A DNA stretch of 32,000 nt from Mycolicibacterium smegmatis (GCF_001457595.1 NZ_LN831039.1:2970001-3002000), one strand, 5' to 3'. Positions 8,575 through 17,922 are shown, numbered from the stretch's first letter. A program made the numbers and translations. Notes: a model not told the origin generated them from the letters alone.

Positions 8575-8787
8575 AGTGCGACTCCCAAATTCGTCGACGA
8601 GGCCGGCCCCAGATGAACCGGCTCCGACTACGTTGCGGCCCAACCCGGTCCACCGCCGCCGTGCCTCCCAGTGGATGGGACGAGCCGTGTCCGGGCAAAC
8701 ACTGCGGCTGCCATGGTGGGTCCCCACGAGATCGGCGGGCCGCCGTCTCCCACAGAAGTGCTGATTTGATGGAGTTGTCGTCGACAC
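8575..8787. promoter_or_regulatory. Divergent control region between the SDR and yrbEA (the mce operon leader/promoter presumably lies here)
   Basis: 213-bp non-coding gap, the second largest in the window. It becomes relatively AT-richer just upstream of yrbEA (GAAGTGCTGATTTGATGGAGTTG). An 11-nt palindrome TGTCGTCGACA sits at 8776-8786. No promoter elements could be assigned confidently. Confidence 0.35.
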
Positions 8788-9600
8788 ATGGTGAATGAGG
8801 CCGCGGATCGTTGGTCCCCCGGACTGCGCGTCCTGCGCGGGGGCACGTCGACAACGCTGGAGGCCATCGGTGGCCTGTTCGCGATGTCGTCGGATGCGGT
8901 CCGGTTCGCGTTCCGCCGGCCGTTCCAGGGCCGCGAGTTCCTGGAGCAGTCGTGGTTCGTCGCGCGGGTGTCGCTGGCGCCGACGCTGCTGGTGGCCATC
9001 CCGTTCACGGTGCTCGTCAGCTTCACCCTCAACATCCTGTTGCGTGAACTCGGTGCGGCCGACCTGTCCGGTGCCGGGGCCGCGTTCGGCGCGGTGACAC
9101 AGGTGGGCCCGATGGTGACGGTGCTGATCGTCGCAGGCGCAGGCGCGACCGCCATGTGTGCCGATCTGGGCTCCCGCACCATCCGCGACGAGATCGACGC
9201 GATGGAAGTGCTGGGGATCAACCCGATCCAGCGTCTGGTCACGCCGCGGATCCTGGCCTCGGGTCTAGTGGCGCTGCTGCTGAACAGCCTCGTGGTGATC
9301 ATCGGGATACTGGGCGGCTACACGTTCTCGGTGTTTATCCAGGGCGTCAATCCGGGCGCGTTCGCAGCGGGTATCACCCTGCTGACGGGTGTGCCCGAGG
9401 TGATCATCTCGTGCATCAAGGCGATGCTGTTCGGCTTCATCGCCGGCATGGTGGCCTGCTTCCGTGGGCTCACCATCGCCGGTGGCGGCGCCAAGGCCGT
9501 GGGCAATGCCGTCAACGAGACTGTGGTGTACGCGTTCATGGCGCTTTTCGTCGTGAACGTGGTGGTGACGGCCATCGGTATCCGGATGACGACCGGATAG
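8788..9600 (+). CDS. yrbEA: Mce-system permease YrbEA (MlaE family)
   Basis: 270 aa. FRRPFQGREFLEQSWFVARVSLAPTLLVAIPFTVLVSFTLNILLRELGAADLSGAGAAFGAVTQVGPMVTVLIVAGAGATAMCADLGSRTIRDEIDAMEVLGINPIQRLV is near-canonical YrbE sequence. Confidence 0.9.
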   Translation: MVNEAADRWSPGLRVLRGGTSTTLEAIGGLFAMSSDAVRFAFRRPFQGREFLEQSWFVARVSLAPTLLVAIPFTVLVSFTLNILLRELGAADLSGAGAAFGAVTQVGPMVTVLIVAGAGATAMCADLGSRTIRDEIDAMEVLGINPIQRLVTPRILASGLVALLLNSLVVIIGILGGYTFSVFIQGVNPGAFAAGITLLTGVPEVIISCIKAMLFGFIAGMVACFRGLTIAGGGAKAVGNAVNETVVYAFMALFVVNVVVTAIGIRMTTG

Positions 9601-9611
9601 CGGGGCCGGTC

Positions 9612-10457
9612 ATGGTGGTACGAACCCTTCACCCACGCCTCACGCGTGAACTCCGTCGCCCGGTCGACGTCGCGGGCCGGCTCGGCGACCACACGTCGTT
9701 CTACGGCAGGGCACTGGCGGGCACCCCGCACGCGGCGATGCACTACCGGCGCGAGGTCATCCGTCTGATCGCCGAGATCAGCATGGGCGCAGGCACTTTG
9801 GCGATGATCGGCGGCACCGTCGTGATCGTCGGATTCCTCACCCTCGCCGCAGGCGGAACCCTGGCGGTCCAGGGCTACAGTTCGCTCGGGAACATCGGCA
9901 TCGAAGCCCTCACCGGCTTCCTCGCCGCGTTCATCAACGTGCGGATCTCGGCCCCGGTGGTGGCCGGTATCGGGCTGGCGGCCACGTTCGGCGCCGGCGT
10001 CACCGCGCAGCTCGGCGCCATGCGCATCAACGAGGAGATCGACGCGCTCGAGTCGATGGGCATCAGGCCGGTGGAATACCTGGTGAGCACGCGCATCGTC
10101 GCCGGCATGGTGGCCATCACGCCGCTGTACGCGGTCGCGGTGATCCTGTCGTTCGCCGCGAGCAACCTCACCACGGTCGTGATGTTCGGCCAGTCCGCGG
10201 GCCTGTACAACCATTACTTCTCGACGTTCCTCAACCCGGTCGACCTGCTGTGGTCGTTCCTGCAGGCCATCCTGATGGCGATCGCGATCCTGTTGGTGCA
10301 CACGTACTTCGGTTTCTTCGCGGCGGGCGGCCCGTCCGGTGTCGGCGTGGCCGTCGGCAACGCGGTGCGCACGTCGCTCATCGTGGTGATCGCGGTGACG
10401 CTGCTGGTCTCGCTGGCGGTCTACGGCTCCAACGGCAACTTCAACCTGTCGGGGTAG
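9612..10457 (+). CDS. yrbEB: Mce-system permease YrbEB (MlaE family)
   Basis: The ORF 9156..10457 is trimmed to ATG 9612, 11 nt after the yrbEA stop. It has the YrbE hallmark GAMRINEEIDALESMGIRPVEYLVSTRIVAGMVA and multiple TM helices. Confidence 0.9.
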   Translation: MVVRTLHPRLTRELRRPVDVAGRLGDHTSFYGRALAGTPHAAMHYRREVIRLIAEISMGAGTLAMIGGTVVIVGFLTLAAGGTLAVQGYSSLGNIGIEALTGFLAAFINVRISAPVVAGIGLAATFGAGVTAQLGAMRINEEIDALESMGIRPVEYLVSTRIVAGMVAITPLYAVAVILSFAASNLTTVVMFGQSAGLYNHYFSTFLNPVDLLWSFLQAILMAIAILLVHTYFGFFAAGGPSGVGVAVGNAVRTSLIVVIAVTLLVSLAVYGSNGNFNLSG

Positions 10458-10465
10458 CAGCGAAG

Positions 10466-11671
10466 ATGGCAGCGAAGACAAGAATGAGAACAGATGTGAG
10501 ACGTCCGTTGTTGGGCGTCGCGACCGCGGTGGTGATCCTCGCGGTCGTGGCCCTGTCGGTGAGTCTGTTCCGCGGCAGCTTCATCAAGTCTGTGCCCATC
10601 ACGGTGCTGACGCAGCGTGCCGGACTGGTGATGAACCCCGACGCGAAGGTGAAACTCCATGGGGCGCAGGTCGGCCGGGTGCAGGCAATCGAATCGTTGC
10701 CCGACGGGCGTGCGGCACTCCATCTGGCGATGGAACCGGCGTACCTGGATCTGATCCCGGCCAACGTCGGTGTCGACATCGCGGCGCCGACGGTGTTCGG
10801 CGCCAAGTCGATCGAACTCGTTCCGCCGCCGAACCCTGATCCGCAACCGTTGCGCGCCGGTCAGGTCCTGTCGGCCGACCATGTCACGGTCGAGATCAAC
10901 ACCATCTTCGAGAAGTTGTCCACCGTGCTGTCCAAGATCGAACCCCACAAGCTGAACCAGACCCTGGGCGCGTTGTCGGTCGCCGTCGACGGGCGCGGGG
11001 ACCAGATCGGTCAGATGCTCACGGAATTCGACGCTTTCCTGACGAAGATCGACCCGAGCCTGCCCACCCTGGACCACGAGCTCGCGGTGGCACCGCACGT
11101 GCTCGATGCCTACGCCGACGTCGCACCCGAGTTGCTCACGACCGTCGATGCGGCCACCACGGTCAGCCGCACCATCGTCGAGGAACGGCACAACGTCGAC
11201 GGGTTGCTGCTCAGCATGATCGGACTGTCCGACATCGGGATCGACGTCGTCGGTGCCAACCGGCAGGCGATCACCGACGCGGCGCACCTGCTGGCTCCCA
11301 CGACCGATCTGACCAACGAGTACCACCAGGCGCTCACGTGCGGACTCGGCGGCGCGGTCCAACTCGCCAAGGCGCCGGGCAGTCCGGTGCCCGGCGGGTT
11401 GCTGCTGCAGACCGTCGTGCTGGGGCAGGAGCGCTACCGCTACCCGGACAACCTGCCCAAGGTCGCGGCCAAGGGCGGCCCGCAGTGCACCGACCTGCCG
11501 AAGGTGCCCTTCCAGAAGCATCCGCCGTTCGTGATCACCGATGTCAACGCCAACCCGGCGCAGTACGGCAACGAGGGCATCCTGCTCAACTCCGACGGTC
11601 TCAAGCAGATGCTCTACGGCCCGATCGCCGGGCCGCCCCGCAACTCCGCCCAGATCGGACAGCCGGGATGA
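10466..11671 (+). CDS. mceA: Mce-family substrate-binding protein MceA (MlaD domain)
   Basis: Trimmed to ATG 10466, 8 nt after the yrbEB stop. It has an N-terminal TM (LLGVATAVVILAVVALSV) followed by an Mce/MlaD domain (VLTQRAGLVMNPDAKVKLHGAQVGRVQAIESL...). 401 aa. Confidence 0.9.
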   Translation: MAAKTRMRTDVRRPLLGVATAVVILAVVALSVSLFRGSFIKSVPITVLTQRAGLVMNPDAKVKLHGAQVGRVQAIESLPDGRAALHLAMEPAYLDLIPANVGVDIAAPTVFGAKSIELVPPPNPDPQPLRAGQVLSADHVTVEINTIFEKLSTVLSKIEPHKLNQTLGALSVAVDGRGDQIGQMLTEFDAFLTKIDPSLPTLDHELAVAPHVLDAYADVAPELLTTVDAATTVSRTIVEERHNVDGLLLSMIGLSDIGIDVVGANRQAITDAAHLLAPTTDLTNEYHQALTCGLGGAVQLAKAPGSPVPGGLLLQTVVLGQERYRYPDNLPKVAAKGGPQCTDLPKVPFQKHPPFVITDVNANPAQYGNEGILLNSDGLKQMLYGPIAGPPRNSAQIGQPG

Positions 11672-12699
11672 CGGGCATCGGTGGAACCGCGCTCAAGTTC
11701 GGCGTCTTCGGCGTCGTCATGACCCTGATGACGGGCGTGCTGTTCGTGATCTTCGGCGAGTACCGGTCGGGGTCGGCCAACACCTATTCCGCGGTGTTCG
11801 ACGACGTCTCCAGTCTCAAGCCCGGCGATTCGGTACGGGTGGCAGGGCTGCGCGTCGGAACCGTGAACAGTGTTGCGCTGCAACCCGACAACACCGTCGT
11901 CGTGAAGTTCGACGCCGACGACGACGTGCGCCTCACCGAGGGCACCACCGTGAAGGTCCGGTACCTCAACCTCGTGGGCGACCACTATCTCGAGCTCGTC
12001 GACGAGCCCGGGTCGGCGCGGATCCAGCCTCCGGGTTCGCAGATCGGCTCGGACAGAACCGAGTCCGCGCTCGATCTCGATCTGCTGCTCGGCGGATTGA
12101 AGCCGGTCATCCAGGGTCTCAATCCCCAGGACATCAACGCCCTGACCAGTTCGCTCATCCAGATCCTGCAGGGCCAGAGCGGTGACGTGGAAGCGCTTTT
12201 CGCGCGCACCTCCGCGTTCACCAACACCCTTGCTGACAACGGCCAGACCGTCGAGCAGCTCATCGTCAACCTCAACGACGTCCTCACCACGGTCGCCCGC
12301 GACGGTGAGAAGTTCTCCGGCGCGGTCGATCACCTGGAAACCCTGGTCACCGGACTGGCCGCGGACCGCGATCCGATCGCGGAGGCGATCACCGCACTGG
12401 ACAACGGAACCGCGTCGCTCGCGAGTCTGCTGACCGAAGCCCGGCCGCCGCTGTCGGGAACCGTCGACCAGATGGAGCGCCTGGCGCCGCTGCTGTCCAA
12501 TGACGACGACCTCGCACGCCTGGATCTGGCCCTGCAGAAGACCCCGGCCAACTACCGCAAACTGGTGCGGCTCGGCTCCTACGGCAGCTGGCTCAACCTC
12601 TACATCTGCGGTGTGTCGGTGCGCGTGACCGACCTTCAGGGCCGGACCGCCCACTTCCCGTGGGTCATCCAGAACACCGGAAGATGCGCGGAGCCCTGA
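11668..12699 (+). CDS. mceB: Mce-family protein MceB
   Basis: ATG 11668 overlaps the mceA stop (ATGA). It has an N-terminal TM (LKFGVFGVVMTLMTGVLFVIF) and an MlaD domain (YSAVFDDVSSLKPGDSVRVAGLRVGTVNSVAL). 343 aa. Confidence 0.9.
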   Translation: MTGIGGTALKFGVFGVVMTLMTGVLFVIFGEYRSGSANTYSAVFDDVSSLKPGDSVRVAGLRVGTVNSVALQPDNTVVVKFDADDDVRLTEGTTVKVRYLNLVGDHYLELVDEPGSARIQPPGSQIGSDRTESALDLDLLLGGLKPVIQGLNPQDINALTSSLIQILQGQSGDVEALFARTSAFTNTLADNGQTVEQLIVNLNDVLTTVARDGEKFSGAVDHLETLVTGLAADRDPIAEAITALDNGTASLASLLTEARPPLSGTVDQMERLAPLLSNDDDLARLDLALQKTPANYRKLVRLGSYGSWLNLYICGVSVRVTDLQGRTAHFPWVIQNTGRCAEP

Positions 12700-13775
12700 T
12701 GCACAAATATCGTGGAACACGGCTCATCCGGACCGGGCTGCTCGGCCTGGTCCTGGTGGTGCTCATCATCGTCGTCGGCCTGCAGCCGCAGCAGCTCATC
12801 CAGATGGCCACCTCGGTCCGCTATCACGCCGAGTTCGCCGAGGCCGGTGGGCTCACGGCAGGCAACGAGGTCAAGGTGTCCGGTGTGACCGTGGGCACCG
12901 TGTCCGATGTCGAGCTCGTGAACGGCCGCGCGCGAGTCACTTTCGCGCTCGACGGCAAGACACGGCTGGGACAGGACACGACGGCGCACATCCGCACCGG
13001 CACCCTGCTGGGGCAGCGAGTTCTCACCGTGGAACCGAAGGGCAGCGGGCGGATCGGCCCATCGGGTGTGATCCCGGTGAGCCGGACGGGTTCGCCGTAC
13101 TCGTTGACCGACGCGGTCGGTGACTTCACCACCAACACGGCCGAGACCGACACCGCGGCCATCAACCAGTCACTCGACGTCCTCTCGGAGACCATCGAGC
13201 GGATCGCACCTCAGCTCGCCCCGACCTTCGACGGCATCACGCGCCTGTCGCAGTCGCTCAACAATCGCAACGAGTCCCTCGCCGATCTGCTCAAGAGCGC
13301 ATCGGAGATCACCGGGATCCTCTCCGAGCGCAGTGAGCAGGTCAATCGGCTGATCCTCAACGCCAACGACCTGCTCGCGGTGGTCCGCGACCGCCGGTAC
13401 GTGATCGTCAACCTGCTGGCCAACACCTCGGCCGTGGCACGACAACTCTCCGCACTGGTCTCCGACAACGAAGCGGAACTCGCACCCGCGCTGGAGAAGC
13501 TCAACAAGGTCCTCGCGATGCTCGAACGCAACCGCGACAACCTCACGGCCTCACTCAAGGGACTCGCCAAATACCAGCTCACGCAGGGCGAGGCGGTCAA
13601 CAACGGGTTCTACTACTACGGTTTCGCCTCCAATCTGCTGCCCGGGCCCGCCATCCAGCCGTTCCTCGACTACGCACTCGGGTTCCGGCGCGGGGTCAAC
13701 GCGGGACAGCCGCCCGACAACGCCGGGCCACGCGCCGAGTTCCCCTTCCCCAACAACGGCATTCCCGGAGGATGA
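12699..13775 (+). CDS. mceC: Mce-family protein MceC
   Basis: ATG 12699 shares one base with the mceB stop (TGATG). It has a TM (LLGLVLVVLIIVVGL) and an MlaD domain (YHAEFAEAGGLTAGNEVKVSGVTVGTVSDVEL). 358 aa, with no Pro-rich tail. Confidence 0.85.
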   Translation: MHKYRGTRLIRTGLLGLVLVVLIIVVGLQPQQLIQMATSVRYHAEFAEAGGLTAGNEVKVSGVTVGTVSDVELVNGRARVTFALDGKTRLGQDTTAHIRTGTLLGQRVLTVEPKGSGRIGPSGVIPVSRTGSPYSLTDAVGDFTTNTAETDTAAINQSLDVLSETIERIAPQLAPTFDGITRLSQSLNNRNESLADLLKSASEITGILSERSEQVNRLILNANDLLAVVRDRRYVIVNLLANTSAVARQLSALVSDNEAELAPALEKLNKVLAMLERNRDNLTASLKGLAKYQLTQGEAVNNGFYYYGFASNLLPGPAIQPFLDYALGFRRGVNAGQPPDNAGPRAEFPFPNNGIPGG

Positions 13776-15235
13776 CGATGCGCGCCTCATGGCGGATCAC
13801 TCCGCGGCTCACGCGAATCCTGCTCGTCGCACTGGTGGCGCTGACTGCCGCCGGCGGCGGGGTCGTGTTGTACCAGAAGAATTTCGGCCCCAAGACGATC
13901 GTCGCCCATTTCACGTCGGCGACCGCGATCTACCCGGGTGACGAGGTCCGTGTCGCCGGCGTCAAGGTCGGCAACATCAAGACCATCGATGCCGCGGGCA
14001 CGACCGCGAAGATGACACTTGAGGTGCAGCGGGATGTGCCGATCCCGGCGGATGCCAAGGCGATCATCGTCGCGCAGAACCTGGTGTCGGCGCGATACGT
14101 CCAGTTGACGCCGCCGTACGGGGTCGACGGCGCGGACGGCCCCGTCATGGCCGACGGCGCCGAGATCGGTGTCGACCGCACCGCCGTGCCCGTGGAGTGG
14201 GACGAGGTCAAGGAGCAGTTGACCCGCCTGGCAACCGATCTCGGACCTGCCAACGGTGTGTCGGAGACGTCGCTGGGCCGATTCATCGACAGCACCGCCA
14301 ACGCCATGGCAGGCAACGGAGACAAACTGCGCACCACCATCGCGCAGATGTCGGAGGTGGGCCGCATCCTGGGAGAGGGCAGCGGGAACATCGTCGAGAC
14401 CCTGCAGAACCTGCAGACCTTCGTCACGGCGTTGCGCGACAGCAACGCCCAGATCGTGCAGTTCCAGGGCAGCCTGGCCGATGTCACCAGCGTCATCGAC
14501 GGCAGCCGGTCAGATCTGGACGCCGCGGTCAAAGACCTGTCCGAAGCGGTCGGCCTGGTCCAGGGTTTCATCTCCGGCACCCGGGATCAGACCGCCGAAC
14601 AGATCCAACGGCTCGCCGAGGTGACGCAGGTGTTGTCCGACAACAGCACCGTGGTCAAGAACGTGCTGCACGCCGCGCCCAACGCGTTGGTGAACGGCTA
14701 CAACATCTACAACCCCGACACCGGGGGGCCGCGAGGGTCGTTCGCCATGAACAACTTCGCCAATCCGGTGGCGGTGATCTGCTCTGCCATCGGTGCCGTC
14801 GAGAACGCCACCTCCGAAGAATCGGCCAAGGCCTGCGCACAGTACCTGGGACCGGCGCTGCGGTTGATGAACTTCAACTACCTGCCCATGCCGTTCAACG
14901 CCTATCTCGGACCGGCGCCCAAGAACGTGATCTACTCCGAGCCGGGCCTGGCTCCCGGCGGAGGCGGAACACCCTCGGCCCCTGCCGAACTGCCGCCTGC
15001 CGTATCGGCCTACACCGGCGCCGGCGACGTGCCGCCTCCTGCGGGATGGGCCGACCCACCGCAGCCCCCCGGTGCGTACACCCCGAACGGGCTTCCGGCC
15101 GAACGCCATCCCGCGTTGTACCCCGGCGCGCCGGTCCCGCCCGCCACCTCGCCGCCGCCGGCGTCGACTCTGGAGGACCTGCTGTTACCTGCCGAGATGG
15201 CCGCTGCGCCACCCGCACCGGAAGGAACCCCGTGA
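13772..15235 (+). CDS. mceD: Mce-family protein MceD with a ~99-aa Pro-rich C-terminal tail
   Basis: ATG 13772 overlaps the mceC stop (ATGA). An alternative ATG at 13778 has better spacing to GGAGGA. It has a TM (ILLVALVALTAAGGGVVL) and an MlaD domain (AHFTSATAIYPGDEVRVAGVKVGNIKTI). The tail runs 14936-15232. Confidence 0.85.
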   Translation: MTMRASWRITPRLTRILLVALVALTAAGGGVVLYQKNFGPKTIVAHFTSATAIYPGDEVRVAGVKVGNIKTIDAAGTTAKMTLEVQRDVPIPADAKAIIVAQNLVSARYVQLTPPYGVDGADGPVMADGAEIGVDRTAVPVEWDEVKEQLTRLATDLGPANGVSETSLGRFIDSTANAMAGNGDKLRTTIAQMSEVGRILGEGSGNIVETLQNLQTFVTALRDSNAQIVQFQGSLADVTSVIDGSRSDLDAAVKDLSEAVGLVQGFISGTRDQTAEQIQRLAEVTQVLSDNSTVVKNVLHAAPNALVNGYNIYNPDTGGPRGSFAMNNFANPVAVICSAIGAVENATSEESAKACAQYLGPALRLMNFNYLPMPFNAYLGPAPKNVIYSEPGLAPGGGGTPSAPAELPPAVSAYTGAGDVPPPAGWADPPQPPGAYTPNGLPAERHPALYPGAPVPPATSPPPASTLEDLLLPAEMAAAPPAPEGTP

Positions 15236-16422
15236 AGCCACGTAAGCCCGCACGCGGTTGGCTCGCCGTGGCCTGCTGTGCGGTCCTCACGGTATCGGGC
15301 TGCAGGTTCGACGGCGTCAACTCGCTACCGCTGCCTGGCACCGTGGGCACCGGGTCCGACGCGGCGACCTTCCACGTGCAGATCGCGAATGTCGGTACGT
15401 TGGAGCCCAATTCGCCCGTGATGATCGACGACGTCGTGGTCGGTGCGGTCCGCAGGATGACCCTGGACGGCTGGCACGCCGATGTCGAGGTGTCCGTGCA
15501 ACCCGACGTCGTGGTACCCGCCAACGCCGTCGCGACCGTCGGACAGACGAGTCTGCTGGGGTCGATGCACCTGGCGCTGGATCCGCCCGTGGACTCAGCA
15601 CCGGAGGGCAGGTTGGCGCCGGGCGCGACGATACCGCTGAGCCGATCGACGACCTACCCCTCGACCGAGCAGACCCTGTCGTCGTTGTCGCTGGTCGTCA
15701 ACGGTGGGGGACTGATGCAGATCGCGGATATCGTGCACAACTTCAGCGCGGCGCTCGACGGGCGCGCGGTCGAGATCCGAGACCTGCTGACGCGCATGAA
15801 CAACGTCGTCGGCATCCTCGACAATCAACGCGACAACATCGTCGCGACCATCGCGGCGATGAACCGTGTGGCAGGCACTTTCGCCGCGCAACGCAGCACC
15901 CTCACCGAGGCGCTCGACCGGATCCCACCCGCGCTCGAAGTTCTTGCCTCACAACGACCACAGATCACGACGGCCATGAACAAGCTGGGGGCGTTCAGCG
16001 ACATCGCCCATCGGCTGATCAACGACTCACAGGCCGATCTGGTCCGCAATTTGAAGAACCTCGAACCGACCGTGAAGGCGCTGGCCGACGTGGGCACGGA
16101 CCTGGTCACGGCACTGTCGTACCTTCCGACCTATCCCTACACCCAGGACTTCATCGACCGCGGCATCCGCGGCGACTTCATGAACCAGTTCATCGTCTTC
16201 GACTTCACCATCCCGCGTCTGAAGAGCGGCATCCTGCTCGGCACCCGGTGGGGACAGCCGGGAGCCTCACTGGTGCCTGCACCCGGTGACCCGTGGTACT
16301 CGTCGTACACGCTGGATCCGCTCAAGGCCCCGGTCACCCCCAAGCCCACCGAGTTGGCTCCGTTCCCGCCGACGGTCGACGGAGCCGGGGATGCGGCACC
16401 GGCCGCAGAGGGAGGCAACTGA
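15232..16422 (+). CDS. mceE: Mce-family lipoprotein MceE (Lpr-type)
   Basis: GTG 15232 overlaps the mceD stop (GTGA), with SD GGAAGGA upstream. The N-terminus VKPRKPARGWLAVACCAVLTVSGC carries a lipobox (VSGC). The MlaD domain reads FHVQIANVGTLEPNSPVMIDDVVVGAV. 396 aa. The N-terminal part of ORF 14197..16422 is an out-of-gene extension. Confidence 0.85.
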   Translation: MKPRKPARGWLAVACCAVLTVSGCRFDGVNSLPLPGTVGTGSDAATFHVQIANVGTLEPNSPVMIDDVVVGAVRRMTLDGWHADVEVSVQPDVVVPANAVATVGQTSLLGSMHLALDPPVDSAPEGRLAPGATIPLSRSTTYPSTEQTLSSLSLVVNGGGLMQIADIVHNFSAALDGRAVEIRDLLTRMNNVVGILDNQRDNIVATIAAMNRVAGTFAAQRSTLTEALDRIPPALEVLASQRPQITTAMNKLGAFSDIAHRLINDSQADLVRNLKNLEPTVKALADVGTDLVTALSYLPTYPYTQDFIDRGIRGDFMNQFIVFDFTIPRLKSGILLGTRWGQPGASLVPAPGDPWYSSYTLDPLKAPVTPKPTELAPFPPTVDGAGDAAPAAEGGN

Positions 16423-17909
16423 TGATCACCCGGTTCATCCGCACCCAGCTGATCATCTTCACCATCACCTCGGTGGTCGCGTCGGCGATGATGGTGTTCA
16501 GCTATCTGCAGGCGCCCGTGCTGTTCGGAATCGGCCGCATCACCGTGACATTGGAGTTGCCGTCCACCGGTGGGCTGTACCGGTTCTCCAACGTCACCTA
16601 CCGCGGCATCGAGGTGGGCAAGGTGACCGACGTCCGGCCCACGCGCTCCGGGGCGCTGGCCACGCTGTCGCTGCAGACCTCGCCCAGGATCCCGGCCGAC
16701 CTGCAGGCGGACGTCCGCAGCGTGTCCGCGGTCGGTGAGCAGTATGTCGACCTGCGGCCCCGGACGGACGACGCGCCGTATCTTCAGGACGGGTCGGTCA
16801 TCACGGCCGCGAACACCTCGGTCCCGCAAAAGGTGGGCCCGATGCTCGACCAGATGAGCGCCCTGGTCGACAGCATTCCCTCGGGTCAACTCGGCGGCCT
16901 GCTCGACGAATCGTTCAGGGCCCTCAACGGATCCGGGCACGAACTCGGCGCGCTGTTCGATTCCTCGGCGCGGTTGGCATCCGACCTCGACGCGACCGCC
17001 GACACCACACGCACCCTGATCGACGACAGCAGGCCACTGCTCGACGGTCAGGCCGCGAGCGTCGATGCGATCCGCACGTGGGCACGCAGCCTCGCCGGCA
17101 TCACCCGGCAGGTGGCCGACGACGATGCGCAGATCCGCACCATCGTGCAGACCGGTTCGGGTGCGGCCGACGAGGCGTCGAGGCTGCTGGACCAGGTCAA
17201 GCCCACGCTGCCGGTGCTGCTGGCCAACCTGGTCACGGTCGGACAGATCGGCGTGACCTACAACCCGTCGATCGAACAACTCCTGGTGCTGCTGCCGCCG
17301 TACCTGGCCGCCACCCAGTCCTACGGTTCGTCGCTCAACAACCCGACCGGCATGGCGCTGTCGGAGTTCAGCCTGACCCTCGGCGATCCTCCGGCGTGCA
17401 CGGTCGGGTTCCTGCCGCCCTCGGAGTGGCGGTCACCGGCCGATCTGACCGACGTCGACACCCCGGACGGGCTGTACTGCAAACTCCCGCAGGACTCACC
17501 GATCGGTGTGCGCGGCGCGAGGAACTTCCCGTGCATGGGACAACCGGGCAAGCGGGCTCCCACCGTCGAGATCTGCGAGAGCGACCGGCCTTTCGAACCG
17601 CTCGCGATGCGTCAGCATGTGACCGGTCCGTACCCGATCGACCCCAACCTGATCGCCCAGGGCGTGCCGCCGGATGACCGGGTCACGCTGGACGAACACA
17701 TCTACGGGCCGGTCGAGGGAACACCTGTCGACGGCGACGCGCTGCCGGTGGCGCCGAGTGCCCACACCGCAGGTGACGGTCCCTCGGTCGCGATCGCGAC
17801 CTACGACCCCGAGACGGGGCGGTACGCGACGCCGGACGGCCAGGTGCACCACCAGGCGGATCTGGCGACGCCGGGCGCGCAGAACTGGGAAGACCTGCTC
17901 CCCAGGTGA
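16422..17909 (+). CDS. mceF: Mce-family protein MceF
   Basis: ATG 16422 shares one base with the mceE stop (TGATG), with SD GGAGG at 16411. It has a TM (LIIFTITSVVASAMMVF) and an MlaD domain (LELPSTGGLYRFSNVTYRGIEVGKVTDV). 495 aa. Confidence 0.85.
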   Translation: MITRFIRTQLIIFTITSVVASAMMVFSYLQAPVLFGIGRITVTLELPSTGGLYRFSNVTYRGIEVGKVTDVRPTRSGALATLSLQTSPRIPADLQADVRSVSAVGEQYVDLRPRTDDAPYLQDGSVITAANTSVPQKVGPMLDQMSALVDSIPSGQLGGLLDESFRALNGSGHELGALFDSSARLASDLDATADTTRTLIDDSRPLLDGQAASVDAIRTWARSLAGITRQVADDDAQIRTIVQTGSGAADEASRLLDQVKPTLPVLLANLVTVGQIGVTYNPSIEQLLVLLPPYLAATQSYGSSLNNPTGMALSEFSLTLGDPPACTVGFLPPSEWRSPADLTDVDTPDGLYCKLPQDSPIGVRGARNFPCMGQPGKRAPTVEICESDRPFEPLAMRQHVTGPYPIDPNLIAQGVPPDDRVTLDEHIYGPVEGTPVDGDALPVAPSAHTAGDGPSVAIATYDPETGRYATPDGQVHHQADLATPGAQNWEDLLPR

Positions 17910-17922
17910 TCCCGGTGGATCA
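17907..17922. terminator. 16-nt palindrome TGATCC-CGGT-GGATCA carrying both convergent stop codons
   Basis: Read directly. The TGA of mceF (17907-17909) and the TGA of the minus-strand gene (17920-17922) form the outer ends of a 6-bp stem with a 4-nt loop. It is short, so terminator function is uncertain. Confidence 0.25.

Noticed and set aside
8575-8787. N-terminal extensions of several track ORFs (7744..8787, 2033..3100, 3004..4728, 23820..25763, 25527..26792, 29508..30740, and mce ORFs starting at 10250, 11338, 12660, 14197, 16293)
   Set aside because: The extensions lack homology-like sequence and often overlap the upstream gene. Internal starts with good SD spacing or stop/start overlaps give proteins of the expected family length.
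8612-8798. 61-codon upstream ORF in the mce leader (MNRLRLRCGPTRS...CPGKHCGCHGG...) whose TGA overlaps the yrbEA start region
   Set aside because: Its third-position G/C bias is visibly weaker than in neighbouring genes and it has no SD. The Cys/His cluster may be chance. It could only be revived by ribosome-profiling evidence or conservation.
9318-17279. Long minus-strand ORFs inside the mce operon (9318..10481, 10421..11521, 11614..12720, 13930..14580, 14895..15524, 16137..17279)
   Set aside because: All are antisense to YrbE or Mce proteins with canonical sequence. They have low-complexity Arg/Asp/Gly-rich translations and no SD-start context.
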